Origin: Macrostomum hystrix
Taxonomy: Eukaryota > Animalia > Platyhelminthes
Direction: 5' to 3'
Length of the DNA: 64,000 nt
NCBI GenBank assembly: GCA_950097015.1
Contig: CATNEN010000025.1
Coordinates: 8,308,001 to 8,372,000 of the forward strand
Below are positions 10,734 to 24,016 of this stretch, piece by piece (positions within the stretch are counted from its first letter, which is position 1; the number at the start of each line of letters is the position of its first letter). The notes beneath the pieces are model-generated. The model saw only the letters and a program-made list of their open reading frames with translations. It had not been told where the DNA came from and ran no database searches. Both the position numbers and the translations under genes were made by a program.

Positions 10734-12631
10734 ATGGAAGGTCAGAGCAGCTTTGCTTCTGTTGCATTTAAAGGAGAACCATTGCACACTAAACATTGGC
10801 CTCTTCCAGAAGGTAGAAAACCAAGGTATGTTAGTTTATTTTAATCATAATAATTATTTTAATATTGTTTTAATTTAATTTTATTATTTTAAATATTTTT
10901 AAATATTATTTTAATCATTTAATATTTTATCATATTACATGATTAAACTTGTTGAAGTATTACATTTTAAAAGTTTGATTTCTTAATCTAATAAAATTTA
11001 AACAGGGCTATATTGTTCATATCCCATGGCTTGGGTGAACACTCAGCATGTTACAACAAGTTGGTTGACGCTTTTGTCACTAAAGACATTGCTGTCTATT
11101 CACATGATCACTGTAAGTTTTTAGTCAATTATAACCAAGTTTATACCATACTAATCATGTTGAAATCTGTTCCAGATGGACACGGATTAAGTCCTGGTGT
11201 GCCCAGCCTGGTCTGCAGCATGCAGGACATTGTAGACCCGGTGCTAAGTCACGTGAGGCAGCTTCGCTCTGCCCACCCCGGCGTGCCAGTCTTTTTGATG
11301 GGCCACTCCATGGGTGGCCTGGCTGCGGTGATGTGCGCACAGGCCGATTCTAGCCTGTTCCGCGGCCTAATCCTCAATGCCCCCGCGCTGGGCGTTAATC
11401 CAGCTTTCGCGCCAGCCTGGAAAATTACGATTGGCCGATGGCTGGCTCGCCTCTGCCCGCAGATGGTCATGCCGTTCTCCGAAATGAAGGTGGGCGTTGT
11501 GAATGAGGCTTAGTCTCTTTTCAGAGTAGTTGAGTTTCGCTGCTCTTCCTGGAAGCTTCGAGCTTGGTTTGAGCTTCAGAATTTCGACCTTTAGTTCAGC
11601 AATCAGCTGGAGTGTAATTAAGGGTTGTACCAACGTGTACATACATCTGGCCCAACTGGGCTCGACTGCAACCGATTTCCTTCTTCTAATACCGTAATAA
11701 CACAAATTACAATTCGCAACTCACTCAGGTGGAATACCTGACCGCTGATGAGGCAATGCAGGAGGAGTTGCGCAACGACCCGCTGCAGTTCGGCCGCGGA
11801 GTTCGCTGCGCCACCGGCCTCGCCATCATCGACGCGATCGAGGCCTTGGCCGACTACAAGGCCAACTTCCCCTTCCTGGTGTTGCACGCTAGGCCTGATA
11901 TGCTCACCTATTATCAGGGCAGCGAGCGTTTCTTCCAGCGGGCCATTGTGGACGACAAGGAGTTCATCAGCTTCGATAACCTCGGCCACCAGCTGCACTA
12001 CGAGGTTTGTGTGCCACGCCCTGTGCCCCTCTAACTGTCCTTTAGTCTGTCACTGCGCTGTGCCCCACTGACTGTCCTTTAGCCTGTCACTGCCCTGTGC
12101 CCCACTGACTGTCCTTTAGCCTGTCACTGCCCTGTATCCCACTGACTGTCCTTTAGTCTGTCACTGCCCTGTATCCCACTGACTGTCCTTTAGCCTGTCA
12201 CTGCCCTGTATCCCACTGACTGTCCTTTAGTCTGTCACTGCGCTGTGCCCCACTGACTGTCCTTTAGCCTGTCACTGCCCTGTATCCCACTGACTGTCCT
12301 TTAGCCTGTCACTGCCCTGTATCCCACTGACTGTCCTTTAGTCTGTCACTGCGCTGTGCCCCACTGACTGTCCTTTAGCCTGTCACTGCCCTGTATCCCA
12401 CTGACTGTCCTTTAGTCTGTCACTGCGCTGTGCCCCACTGACTGTCCTTTAGCCTCTCACTGCCCTGTGCCCCACTGACTGTCCTTTAGTCCACCTCTCC
12501 CCACCTGTGCTAACTGTATTTTTGCAGCATCTCATAAAAAACTAATTTGTATTGTTTCAAATTCCCAGGTCGAGCCCTATCGTACCCAGGTGCGAGAAGC
12601 CATGGCCAATTGGATTTTAGGCAGGTGCTAA
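10734..12631 (+). CDS. MGLL: Monoglyceride lipase / lysophospholipase-like alpha/beta hydrolase; exons 10734-10825, 11006-11112, 11176-11489, 11729-12004, 12569-12631
   Basis: Spliced frame gives ILFISHGLGEH, HDHYGHG, GHSMGG nucleophile elbow, NDPL, FLVLHARPD (Asp), GHQLH (His); GT-AG junctions in phase; aataaa at 12765. Confidence 0.85.
12015..12492. repeat. 37-bp minisatellite (ctgtcactgccctgtatcccactgactgtcctttagc) in last lipase intron; second copy 13571-13900
   Basis: Tandem units visible. Confidence 0.93.
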
Positions 12632-13182
12632 TAATCATTGTGACCTAGATTTTACAACCTTGTCAATGAGTCAATTTTGACTGAAGATGGTAACATTGTG
12701 TCATTATCTTAACATTCTAACTATTGTAAAATTTAATAGATAAAGACTCCGAAAAATGCGTATCAATAAAAAATCGACAATTGGAAAACTGTATACCAAT
12801 TAGTGTATTAGCACTCTGAAGCGAATGGTAACCGTGTTAATGCGATTAGTGATACTGATTGTAAATTATTTTACCATGAAACTATAAGGATTTACTGCTT
12901 TGTTAATTCTTGCTTATTTTAATAAAAAAAGTTTCTTGTCTTAAATTTTTTGCGAATTTTATTCTTGATTTCATTCGTAGTTCGTTAATTAGGCCGTCCT
13001 TTTTAACGGACAATTTTGGTTGTTGCAAAAGTAAAATAAAGTTGTACTTAATTTTGCTTTCATGTAGCTATCTCTCTAATTCCAGAATCTTGGTTTGTCA
13101 TTCTTTCTTTTCAGTTGGTTTTTACAATAAATTAAATAGCAGTCCAATGACACTTCGCCACCTCCGCGAAAGACACCCACCC

Positions 13183-13570
13183 CACATTTGCAGGTGCTGC
13201 ACAGCACAAGTCAGCAAAGTCTGTAGATTTGACTAACTAAAAAAGTCATAAAGTTTAATAAAAATGTCATAAAAATCAATTAACTATAAGTTATGTTTAG
13301 CTGTGAGGTTAGACATGGTTAGACACTCTATAGTCAGGAAGGAGATATTTTAGAAAATAGTTTAGTGCAGTTTAGTTCCTAGATGGATAGCTAAAATGGA
13401 CTTTTTAGCATGCATGGTGCACTTAGTGGCTAGTGCACATACATTTTTAATGTGCTATATATAATGCACTATTTTTCCTATTTTACTCTTAAACTAGGCC
13501 CTAGCTAATATATTTTTGTGAAAGACAATGAATACTTAGCTCAATTGAGAATATTGTAAGAAACAGAAAG
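13183..13570 (+). repeat. Near-identical copy of 8303-8689
   Basis: Direct comparison; only a few small differences. Confidence 0.95.
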
Positions 13571-14595
13571 TCACTGCCCTGTATCCCACTGACTGTCCTT
13601 TAGCCTGTCACTGCCCTGTATCCCACTGACTGTCCTTTAGTCTGTCACTGCGCTGTGCCCCACTGACTGTCCTTTAGCCTGTCACTGCCCTGTATCCCAC
13701 TGACTGTCCTTTAGCCTGTCACTGCCCTGTATCCCACTGACTGTCCTTTAGTCTGTCACTGCGCTGTGCCCCACTGACTGTCCTTTAGCCTGTCACTGCC
13801 CTGTATCCCACTGACTGTCCTTTAGTCTGTCACTGCGCTGTGCCCCACTGACTGTCCTTTAGCCTCTCACTGCCCTGTGCCCCACTGACTGTCCTTTAGT
13901 CCACCTCTCCCCACCTGTGCTAACTGTATTTTTGCAGCATCTCATAAAAAACTAATTTGTATTGTTTCAAATTCCCAGGTCGAGCCCTATCGTACCCAGG
14001 TGCGAGAAGCCATGGCCAATTGGATTTTAGGCAGGTGCTAATAATCATTGTGACCTAGATTTCACAACCTTGTCAATGAGTCAATTTTGACTGAAGATGG
14101 TAACATTGTGTCATTATCTTAACATTCTAACTATTGTAAAATTTAATAGATAAAGACTCCGAAAAATGCGTATCAATAAAAAATCGACAATTGGAAAACT
14201 GTATACCAATTAGTGTATTAGCACTCTGAAGCGAATGGTAACCGTGTTAATGCGATTAGTGATACTGATTGTAAATTATTTTACCATGAAACTATAAGGA
14301 TTTACTGCTTTGTTAATTCTTGCTTATTTTAATAAAAAAAGTTTCTTGTCTTAAATTTTTTGCGAATTTTATTCTTGATTTCATTCGTAGTTCGTTAATT
14401 AGGCCGTCCTTTTTAACGGACAATTTTGGTTGTTGCAAAAGTAAAATAAAGTTGTACTTAATTTTGCTTTCATGTAGCTATCTCTCTAATTCCAGAATCT
14501 TGGTTTGTCATTCTTTCTTTTCAGTTGGTTTTTACAATAAATTAAATAGCAGTCCAATGACACTTCGCCACCTCCGCGAAAGACACCCACCCCAC
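13571..14595 (+). repeat. Near-identical copy of 12161-13185, including a duplicate lipase terminal exon (13979-14041)
   Basis: Constant offset 1410; identical ORFs at 12910 and 14320. Confidence 0.95.
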
Positions 14596-15294
14596 TCCTT
14601 GCACGCTGGCGCCTTACACCCACCCCACATAACCAGCCAATCATCGAAGCCGGATGGATATGGAGTATTTTATTATACTCGTGCAGCGAACTGAATTCAA
14701 CATTTTTATTATATTAAACTTAATTTCCTAGCTTTTATTATGAAATTTGAGAAAAATTTTCATTCTTTGAATTTGCAGTTTTTATTAGCTCAGTCTTGAC
14801 TTATAGAAAATGATCGCTAAGCAGAAAAAGAGCTTTCCATTCTTCTCCCACATTCGCACCACTGCTCACATTGCTCATTATATTCCGATAAGTTCGTGGC
14901 CCTAATGACTGATTGCATTAAGCTAGCTAGGTTCGTTAGGCCAAGATGTGACATGTAGGAAGTCCTTCATTTACCACAGTCCACCCTGCTAGGAGATTGC
15001 AGTCTTTTGCCAAGGGCCTGTTCGCTCGTTTAAGGCTTGCTAAGCGAAAATTTTGATCGATGCCGCATCACTTCACGCTCAGTAGGAAAGTACGAGCTTA
15101 ACCGGCTTAAGAACAGCTCTCGAGTAAAAGTTTAGTTTGACCTCAGTGCATTGCTGAGTGTACAGTGAGGATGCAGTGCATCTCGAGTATAGTCTGCTTG
15201 AATATACGTAGCATTTAGGCTCTAAGTAGCAATATAAAACTTAATATTTATTGCTATGCATAAACCAAGGCGATGACATTCCAACTGAGGGGAG

Positions 15295-16325
15295 AATATT
15301 CAGACTGAGGGGATAATATTCCGACTGAGGGATAATATTTAAACCCAGGGGATAATATTCAAACTGAGGGGATAATATTTAAACTGAGGGGATAATATTC
15401 AGACTGCTAAGGGGATAATATTCAAACTGAGGGGATAATATTCAAACTGAGGGGATTAAATTCGAACTGAGGGGATTATATTCAAACTGAGGGGATAATA
15501 TTCAAACTGAGGGGATAATATTCAAACTGAGGGGATAATATTCAAACTGAGGGGATAATATTCAAACTGAGGGGAGAATATTCAAACTGAGGGGATAATA
15601 TTCAAACTGAGGGGATTCAATTCGAACTGAGGGGATAATATTCAGACTGCAGAAGGGATAATATTCAAACTGAGGGGATAATATTTAAACTGAGGGGATA
15701 ATATTCAAACTGAGGGGATAATATTCAAACTGAGGGGATAATATTTAAACTGAGGCGATAATATTCAAACTGAGGGGATTCAATTCGAACTGAGGGGATA
15801 ATATTCAAACTGAGGGGATAATATTCAAACTGAGGGGATAATATTTAAACTGAGGGGATAATATTCAAACTGAGGGGATAATATTCAAACTGAGGGGATA
15901 ATATTCAAACTGAGGGGAGAATATTCAAACTGAGGGGATAATATTCAAACTGAGGGGATAATATTTAAACTGATGGGATAATATTTAAACTGAGGGGATA
16001 ATATTCAAACTGAGGGGATAATATTTAAACTGAGGGGATAATATTTAAATTGAGGGGATAATATTCAAACTGAGGGGATAATATTCAAACTGAGGGGAGA
16101 ATATTCAAACTGAGGGGATAATATTCAAACTGAGGGGAGAATATTCAAACTGAGGGGATAATATTCAAACTGAGGGGATAACATTCAAACTGAGGGGATA
16201 ATATTCAAACTGAGGGGATAATATTCAAACTGAGGGGAGAATATTCAAACTGAGGGGATAATATTCAAACTGAGGGGATAATATTCAAACTGAGGGGATA
16301 ATATTAAAACTGAGGGGATAACGTT
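15295..16325. repeat. 20-bp minisatellite (ttcaaactgaggggataata)
   Basis: About 50 tandem copies. Confidence 0.95.
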
Positions 16326-16779
16326 CAAACAAAGTTCCAACAAAAATTTAGCAAAAAGAATTTCAATGGTTAAATGACTAAATAATTGAAATCAATAATG
16401 TAAAAGCTGAAATTCTCGCAAACAATTTAGAAGATTTCGTTAAATTTGCAAGGAACTGGCGAACTGCGAAAGCAAGTCACGGATCACAGTTTAAAGTGAG
16501 TTTCGTTTGGCTCAAACATTATTAATTTGTGGAAACCACAGGAAATTAATCGATATACTGTGCTTGCTGAACAATAACAGCAAGCACAAGATAGCAGCTA
16601 TCAAGTTATCGTAGCTAAGTGCGGACAAAGCGGAAATTTAAGGCGGCATGGACTGTGAAGTCACCAACACACTCAGCTCGCAATATCGAGAGATTGTTCA
16701 CCAAAACAAATGGGAAAACCTGATACTAGATACAAGGACGCTCCTCCCTTATACTTAAATATGAATTGCTAAACACCAC

Positions 16780-17280
16780 TGAACCACGCACTGCAGTACG
16801 TCACAGCTACCACTGAACCACACACTTCAGTACGTCACAGCTACTACTGAGCCACAGTACGTCCCAGCTACTACTGAGCCACAGTACGTCACAGCTACCA
16901 CTGAGCCACAGTACGTCACAGCTACCACTGAGCCACAGTACGTCCCAGCTACTACTGAGCCACAGTACGTCACAGCTACCACTGAGCCACAGTACGTCAC
17001 AGCTACTACTGAGCCACAGTACGTCACAGCTACCACTGAGCCACAGTACGTCACAGCTACCACTGAGCCACAGTACGTCACAGCTACCACTGAGCCACAG
17101 TACGTCACAGCTACCACTGAGCCACAGTACGTCCCAGCTACTACTGAGCCACAGCACGTCACAGCTACCACTGAGCCACAGTACGTCACAGCTACCACTG
17201 AGCCACAGTACGTCACAGCTACCTACTGAGCCACAGTACGTCACAGCTACTACTGAGCCACAGTACGTCACAGGCAACCC
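16780..17280. repeat. 27-bp minisatellite (cactgagccacagtacgtcacagctac)
   Basis: About 18 copies; explains the repetitive ORFs. Confidence 0.95.
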
Positions 17281-19277
17281 TGACTGACTCTGAAGCACGG
17301 CACAGCTACCAGCACTGACCCAGATCCTTCACTGGGTCTCAGTTAGACTTTTTCGTAGATTCTATAGTCGGGCCTTCCATTCGTATGAACACAATGGCTT
17401 GGTGGCTTTTCTCGAGGCTTACTTGCTCTCCAAATCGCAGTCTTCTCTTTTGTGAACTGAGTGAGGCGAGCCCAGTGAGGCGACTGAACTGCATCAGTCG
17501 ATGCCATCCAACTATCTCCCGTATAGTTGATGAAGTAAGGTCGAGTCAGATTATTGATAACTAAATTCGTCGAATGTGAAGCAGGCAGCTCACAGGGCAG
17601 GACACAGCTGGATCTTGACGCAGTCATCATCGGCTCGTGCTCACCTCCCAAGAGAAATGGTGAAAGCGATGTGCATGGTACTCGTATATTGGACTCAAAT
17701 TTCTTGTCAAAAGCAAATCCCAAAGGATCGCGGCGTGTCAAACTTTGTGCGAATGTTGTCACAAGGAACTATTTTATTATATTCTCAGTAAATATCAAGA
17801 TTTTATGATATGAAGTGATATAATGTGATCATCAGATGCAGTAGCTAAATGTGGCAACTTCATGTTTCAACGCATTTCAAATGACGTGTATTTTTTTAGA
17901 TTTCGAGAAATTTCTGTAGATGTGTTTTTCCCGGAAAATTGACGTCGCTTTGTTCACGACCGTGTTGCTTTTGAGAGAATATGCGGTACTGGCGGACGCT
18001 GCTGCTGCAGGCACTGGCACATCAGCTGGCGACAATTAGAGACCTAGCTGCAGCCAGAGAGAAGACAGTTCCCATTCAGCTGACTCCTGAGCTCACACTC
18101 AACCAGATACCGTGCGCAGGCACATACTCACACAAAAATGTACATCTAACCCGAATTTTTCATTGTGATGCAGTGTGCACTCTTGTGCACTCCCAGTTCC
18201 TAGTTAATGTGGTCTCGCCGCAGTCTTTGGTGCGGCGAGAAACGTTAAAGTGTCCTTTGGTGTCCTTGCTGTTTTTTTCGAGTTTCCTAGTCATTGGACC
18301 ACCCGTTGTCATTTTGCTTTTGTTTTTATTTATAGACTGTCCATTTTCAACAAGATGGTGTAAAATCCCCGCCTCAAACGCCTCCCGCCCAAATTGTTTA
18401 ATTGCATGAAAAATACTTGAAAATCTTTCACTTTTATTGTATTGACGTCTACGACATATTTATACGCTCGTAATCCTAATTTGTTTACATCCACGAAATT
18501 ATTATTTACTAACTCTGTACGATCGGTTAACTTTACTAAAAACTGCCTAATCATCAAAACACCAAGTTTTAGTTGAGTCCTGTCGCTGCATATCCAGCAG
18601 CAGTTAAGTCATGCGGATGTTTATCCCCACCCTCATGCAGGCCGGATTTTCGCTTAATTGATTTCTTCTCTCATTCTCCCACCGGCATGTTGTGTGTTGT
18701 GTTGTGCTTTACTATTATGTTTTACAAGTGCATTTCATTTTATGAGCATAAAACTCAAAGGACTATGCTTAGATTGAGTTCGTATTTGAGACTCTTCTGC
18801 TTGTGGACTGATGCGTACTCTTGAAAATCAACTTCCAATCGTCTAAATTATTTAAACAGTTCGGTACAGTCCATATAGTCTCAGGCTGGGGGGCAAGGCA
18901 ATGTTCTAGTCCATAAAATACTGTAGCTTGTATTTAAAGAATCTATACCGCTCTCTGAGACTAGTCTGAGTTTTGTGGAGTCTATTAAAATGGCCATCGA
19001 GAATGACGCGGCTTGTATCTGGAATCATTAACTGCTTTTATTGGCGCGAAGATGCGGTAATAAAAAGCATTACTACTACATTAGGATCTCTATAACCTTC
19101 TCTCTCTCTAATTCTCTTGGGCCCTTCTGGTTCGCTGACTACTGACCCAGCCAATGAGAGTCGTTGCTATCTCCACGTAGCTGCCCTAAACAACTGGCCT
19201 ACCAGGCTGGCCGCTTCTGCAGCTTCTGCTTTCAAGAAATCTCTGGTAGCTCACCACTGACCGCAATAGTAGTAACC

Positions 19278-21997
19278 ATGCGAATCGCAGCTTGCGCGAA
19301 AATACTTTTCCTGCTTCAACTGCTAGCATGGCTTCCGATTGCGCTCACCCAGAACCCAGGATCTCAATCAATATCACAGTGGCTTCCGCTGAACTCGATG
19401 CCGACATCGCCAGAATGCGTCTGCTATGTTCACACTGCCGATATCGAGCCGCAGCATCAGCAGCAGCAGCTATACTGCCGGAATCGACACTCACTTCCAG
19501 GTGACGCCAGGAGTGCCGCGGCGAGCCACATGGGTAGCCGGCGAGTCGCGCACGACTTCATGTGCTCCGAAGGCCGTCTGTTTGTCCGCGGCGCCGGTGT
19601 CAATACCATTGAAGGCGAGCTGGCACGCAGTCTTGAAGTGGCGCCCAGTCTACAGTGGCTCGACCTCAGCGCCAACCGACTGGGTGCCCTTCAGCAGCCA
19701 CACTTTGCCTCAATGCCGAATCTGCGTCGACTTGAGCTGCAAGAGAACGTCATCGCTGCGCTTAGCTACCCCGCATTCGACCGGCTTCGCTTCCTCATCT
19801 ACCTGGACCTCAGCGCCAACCGTCTCGAAGCAATCACCAAGCTGACCTTTGGCACACGGCGCGTGCACGGACCGAGCGGCTCCACCTGCGGCCTTCGAAG
19901 TCTTCGCTATCTTTACCTGAACGACAATCTAATCAGTCGAATCGAGCCAGGCAGTTTCGAGTGCCTGGATGCCCTCACGGAGCTGCGGCTGCATCGCAAC
20001 CTGATCGCGGTGCTGCCAAACTATGCCTTCCAATGGCTGGCCGCCCTGACTAGCCTGAAGCTGCACGGCAATCGTCTGGAAAGCGTTGAAGAATTCGCTT
20101 TCAGCCACTGCTGCGGTCGGCTAACTAAGCTTAATTTGGTTGACAATTACCTCACCTACCTGCCGGATCACCTCCTGACCAGCATGCCAAACCTCACCAC
20201 TCTGTACCTGGACCGGAACCATTTCGATCGAATTCCCAGCATTCGTGGTCCCGGCAGAATAATAGACTTTCACCTGCAACGCAACCACATCGTGCGGATC
20301 CTACGGCAACACTTTCTCGCGTGGTCCGCTCCAGCTGATTCGTTGAACCTCTTCGATAATAGCGTCCGTTGGATCGAGGACGGAGCGTTCGCCGGCCTGC
20401 CGCCGGGAACTGTTAGTCTGGTGCTGCAGAAGAACGAGCTGCGGAGTCTTGGCGCTCGCACACTGGACGGCCTGACTCATCTAAGATACCTGGTCCTGGC
20501 CGATAACCGGATTGAGCTGATCGAGGATGGGGCGTTCGGACATTTGGTTCGTTTAGAGACGCTCTCTCTGGCTGGAAATCGCCTGACCAGTCTGCGATCC
20601 AGCATGTTTCTCGGCCTGAATCGGACTTTTGCGCTGAGTCTTGGAGGGAATGCAATCGACAGGTTGGCAGATTATCTGTTCTTTCCTGGATTTCTTATTT
20701 TCTGGCGTTTGAATACATCTGGTCTCTCTGTATCTTTCGTACCACCTTGTCTCTGGTGTCTGTATCTTTCCTGTCACCGTATCTCAGGTGTCTGGTTACA
20801 TTTAATTACCTATTACCTGGTTAATTACCTGGTTACCAGACATTATATTAATGTCTGGTTGCATTTCTAACTTTCACGTGAACGAAAAATCTATTATTTT
20901 TGCCTTGCGTCCCAGGTTACCTTCGGGTGCTTTCTCCCTGCTGCCCAGTCTGAAGTATCTCTACTTGGAGAAGAATGCGCTCACCTTACTACCGTTTGGC
21001 ATCTTCTCCAGCCTCCACCGGCTCAAGAAGCTCGACCTCAGCGACAACCGCATCGCTAGCCTGGACTCTCAAATCTTCGCCGGCCTGACCGACCTAGCCT
21101 TCCTCGACCTGAGCGGCAACCGCCTGAACCGACTGTGCTCCGCCACGCTGCACGGCCCTGCCGATCGACTGGGCTTCCTCTCACTGGCCAAGAACCGGCT
21201 GACTCGGCTCGACCCGGACCTACTGGCCGGTCTGAACCGCCTGCGCGTGCTCGACCTCAGCGACAATCGGCTGTCGAGATTCGACGGCGATCTGTCCTGA
21301 TCCGCAGCTGACCGGCGGGCCGGCTCAGCTTGGCTTCCTGGACCTGGGAGGAAATCCGCAGCTTGTGCTTACTGCCTGCTCGCTCTGCGGCTTGGAGACT
21401 CTGCGGCACCTTCGACTGCCGAATAGCAACGGTAGCAGCAGAGCTGGCGACCTCGCCGGAGCAAGTCCAGCACCCTGCTCCGGACTGGTCGAAAGAGCGT
21501 CGTGTCTCACTCAGCAGAGGGCAGATCTTGAGAAGCTCCGCTCTGAATCTTGTCAACCTTCTGCCAATCTGGATGTTGACGATGGTTTCTTGACTGTTTC
21601 ACCTCAACCTGCCGGCACAGCTGAGAGCGACAATGGCCTTCACCGCGCCATACTGCTGGTGTCGCTACCGGCCCTGAGCCTCCTGCTGCTGACGGTGCTG
21701 ACTCTGGTCATTGTCTGCTGCTACTTCTCATCGCTGCGACGTAGACGATCTCGGCAGACGGACAGCTCCGGTCCGGGATTCGCTGGGGTCGACGCAGCGC
21801 AAAGACGTCGAAGATTTTTTGGCGGCTATCAACCCGATAGGAACCTGCTTGAGTTGAATGTCGAGCAGCAGCAGCAGCAGCAGCAGCAGCTACAACTGTT
21901 GCAGCAGCACAGACGGTCTTGCTGTTCTTCGTCTGCAGCCTCAGCTGGCTCTGAGATGCCAAAGTTTTCTAACAAGGTTTACAGTAACCTGCTTTAA
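19278..21997 (+). CDS. Leucine-rich-repeat single-pass membrane protein (signal peptide, over 20 LRRs, TM, short tail, no TIR); exons 19278-20662 and 20916-21997 with a frameshift near 21295
   Basis: MRIAACAKILFLLQLLAWLPIALTQ signal; repeated LxxLxLxxNxL; intron 20663-20915 joins GNAIDR|LPSGAF; LRR continues in the +1 frame (LGFLDLGGNPQL) into TM AILLVSLPALSLLLLTVLTLVIVCCYF then RRRR. Confidence 0.85.
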
Positions 21998-23455
21998 CAG
22001 TGGAACAATTTTCTGCTTCCGTCTCATTGCGAATTGGATAATGTCTGAAGTCTCGAATAATTGTTGCTCTCTATTCTTACGAGAAATTTGACACTCGCAA
22101 CTCCCAGGCAGGCCCGGATTATTGATTGAAGCAGCCATGCAGTCGCTCGTGCCTCTTTCCTGTGCTCTCTTCGAGTCTCTTAGTGCTCAAAAGAAAATTC
22201 TCGATAACTGAATGGCTAATGAGTATAGTCTCTTTGTCGCTGTGGCATTTGGCAAGCCAAGTCGTAAGAGTCTATGAGTCCATCCAGTGTATTCAGCACT
22301 ATCAGCTGCTCTACTAAAGTCAGTTACAATAGCTTTTGGCTAAAGCAGACCAGAGATAATGAAACTGATTAATGTATAGAGTTATTGTTATTAATATCCT
22401 ATCGTGTTTCGTGTCTCTCATCAGCTTGAAAAATTACTTCATTCAGATATCAAATATAAGTAAGAAGGACTCGTGGCTTTAGCTGGCTTTATTGTTATTA
22501 GGAATTTGTTAAAGATTAACAAATTTGACTGCGTCCTATTTGTCCGTAATTTTCCAAGTATCGTGTACGTCGTGATCACTAGAGTTATCACTTCACCTTC
22601 TCCCCTCTACTCCTTCTCCTCGCACTCCCCCTTATCCTCTCTGCCCTTTCCTCTCTCTTCCTTCTCCCCTCTCCTCTTTCTCCCCTCTCGTCCTTCTCGC
22701 CTGTTATCCTTCTCCCCTCTGCTCTTATCCCCTCTCTTCCTTCTCTATCTGCTCCTTCCCCCTCTCCTCCTTCTCCCCTCTCCTTTTCTCTCCTCTCCTC
22801 CTTCTCCCATCTTCTCTTTCTTCCCTCTCCACCTTCACCCCTTTCCTTCTCCCCTCACTCCCCCTTATCCTCTCTGCCCTTTACTCTCTCTTCCTTCTCC
22901 CCTCTCGTCCTTCTCCCCTCTCGTCCTTCTCACCTGTCATCCTTCTGCCCTCTTCCCCCCTCTCCTTCTTCTCACCTCTGCTCTTATGCCCTCTCTTCCT
23001 TCTCCCCTCTCCTCCTTCTCCCCTCTCTTCCCTCTCCTCCTTCTCCCCTCTCCTCCTTCTTCCCTCTCCTCCTTCTCCCCTCTCCTCCTTCTTCCCTCTC
23101 CTCCTTCTCCCCTCTCCTCCTTCCCCCTCTCCTCCTTCTCCCCTCTCCTCTTCCCCCTCTCTTCCTTCTCCCATTTCCTCTTCCCCCTCTCTTCCTTCTC
23201 CCATTTCCTCTTCCCCCTCTCTTCCTTCTCACCTCTCCTCTGTAAGACTTGCGTACTTTTACTTCGCCCCGCATTGCGTCAGCTTGCTCCAGCCAATCAA
23301 TACCTCTTACGTCTTGTGCGCGCACTCAGCACTTTCAACTCTCACCTGTCGTACCCCCACCCCAATTATCGATCCATTAAATATATATTGTCGCCCGCGG
23401 TTGAGCATATTTTCGACCACAAATCGAAGACTCTACAGTGGCATCGCAAGCAGTC

Positions 23456-24016
23456 ATGTCTGTGCCCCTACACCTGCCCCCACCTGAGCCTTTCGATACA
23501 CAGAAAGAGCAACACAATCTCGCGGCGCGGTGGGCAGAATGGGCCAGCCGGTTCAAGTGCTTTGTGACAGCTAGCGGCATTTCAAACACGCGACAGCAAC
23601 GCGAAATTCTGCTATACGTCGGCGGTAAACAGCTTTACGAAGCCTACGCAGAGCTGACCACACCAGGCGAGTCACTCGACGATCTCCTAAAGGCCTTCAA
23701 AGGGCACTTCAGCAGCAGGCACAACCCCGTGTTCGTGCGGTACGAGTTCCGGTTCTGCACCCAACAGCAGGGCGAGTCCATCAACGCTTGGGTGCAGCGG
23801 CTGTACAGGGCAGCGGAGGGCTGCGATTTCGAGACCCAGCGCGACCCCATCATCAGGGACCAGATCGTTGCCGGCTGCCAATCAGACCAGCTGCGCCGCA
23901 GGCTGCTGCAGACACCGAACATCGGCCTCCAGGACGCCCTGCAGCAGGCCAGAGCCTTCGAATCGGCGGACCTCCAGTCAGCGGCTATCGAAGCCCGAAC
24001 AGCAGGGACCCGATGA
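23456..24016 (+). CDS. Gag of element 2 (capsid-like region, no zinc knuckle)
   Basis: MSVPLHLPPPEPFD...FVRYEFRFCTQQQGESINAW...IRDQIVAG; stops before protease. Confidence 0.85.
   Translation: MSVPLHLPPPEPFDTQKEQHNLAARWAEWASRFKCFVTASGISNTRQQREILLYVGGKQLYEAYAELTTPGESLDDLLKAFKGHFSSRHNPVFVRYEFRFCTQQQGESINAWVQRLYRAAEGCDFETQRDPIIRDQIVAGCQSDQLRRRLLQTPNIGLQDALQQARAFESADLQSAAIEARTAGTR

Noticed and set aside
12910-14694. Duplicated 108/124-aa ORF
   Set aside because: AT-rich 3' flank of the lipase gene; identity only reflects the duplication
16559-16592. 11-bp hairpin as Helitron end or pre-miRNA
   Set aside because: No CTRR at the expected distance and stem too short
17343-18557. Short ORFs between the 27-bp array and the LRR gene
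   Set aside because: No recognisable motifs or consistent splice structure
21298-21300. Stop read-through or selenocysteine at the LRR TGA
   Set aside because: The conserved LRR and TM continue in a different frame
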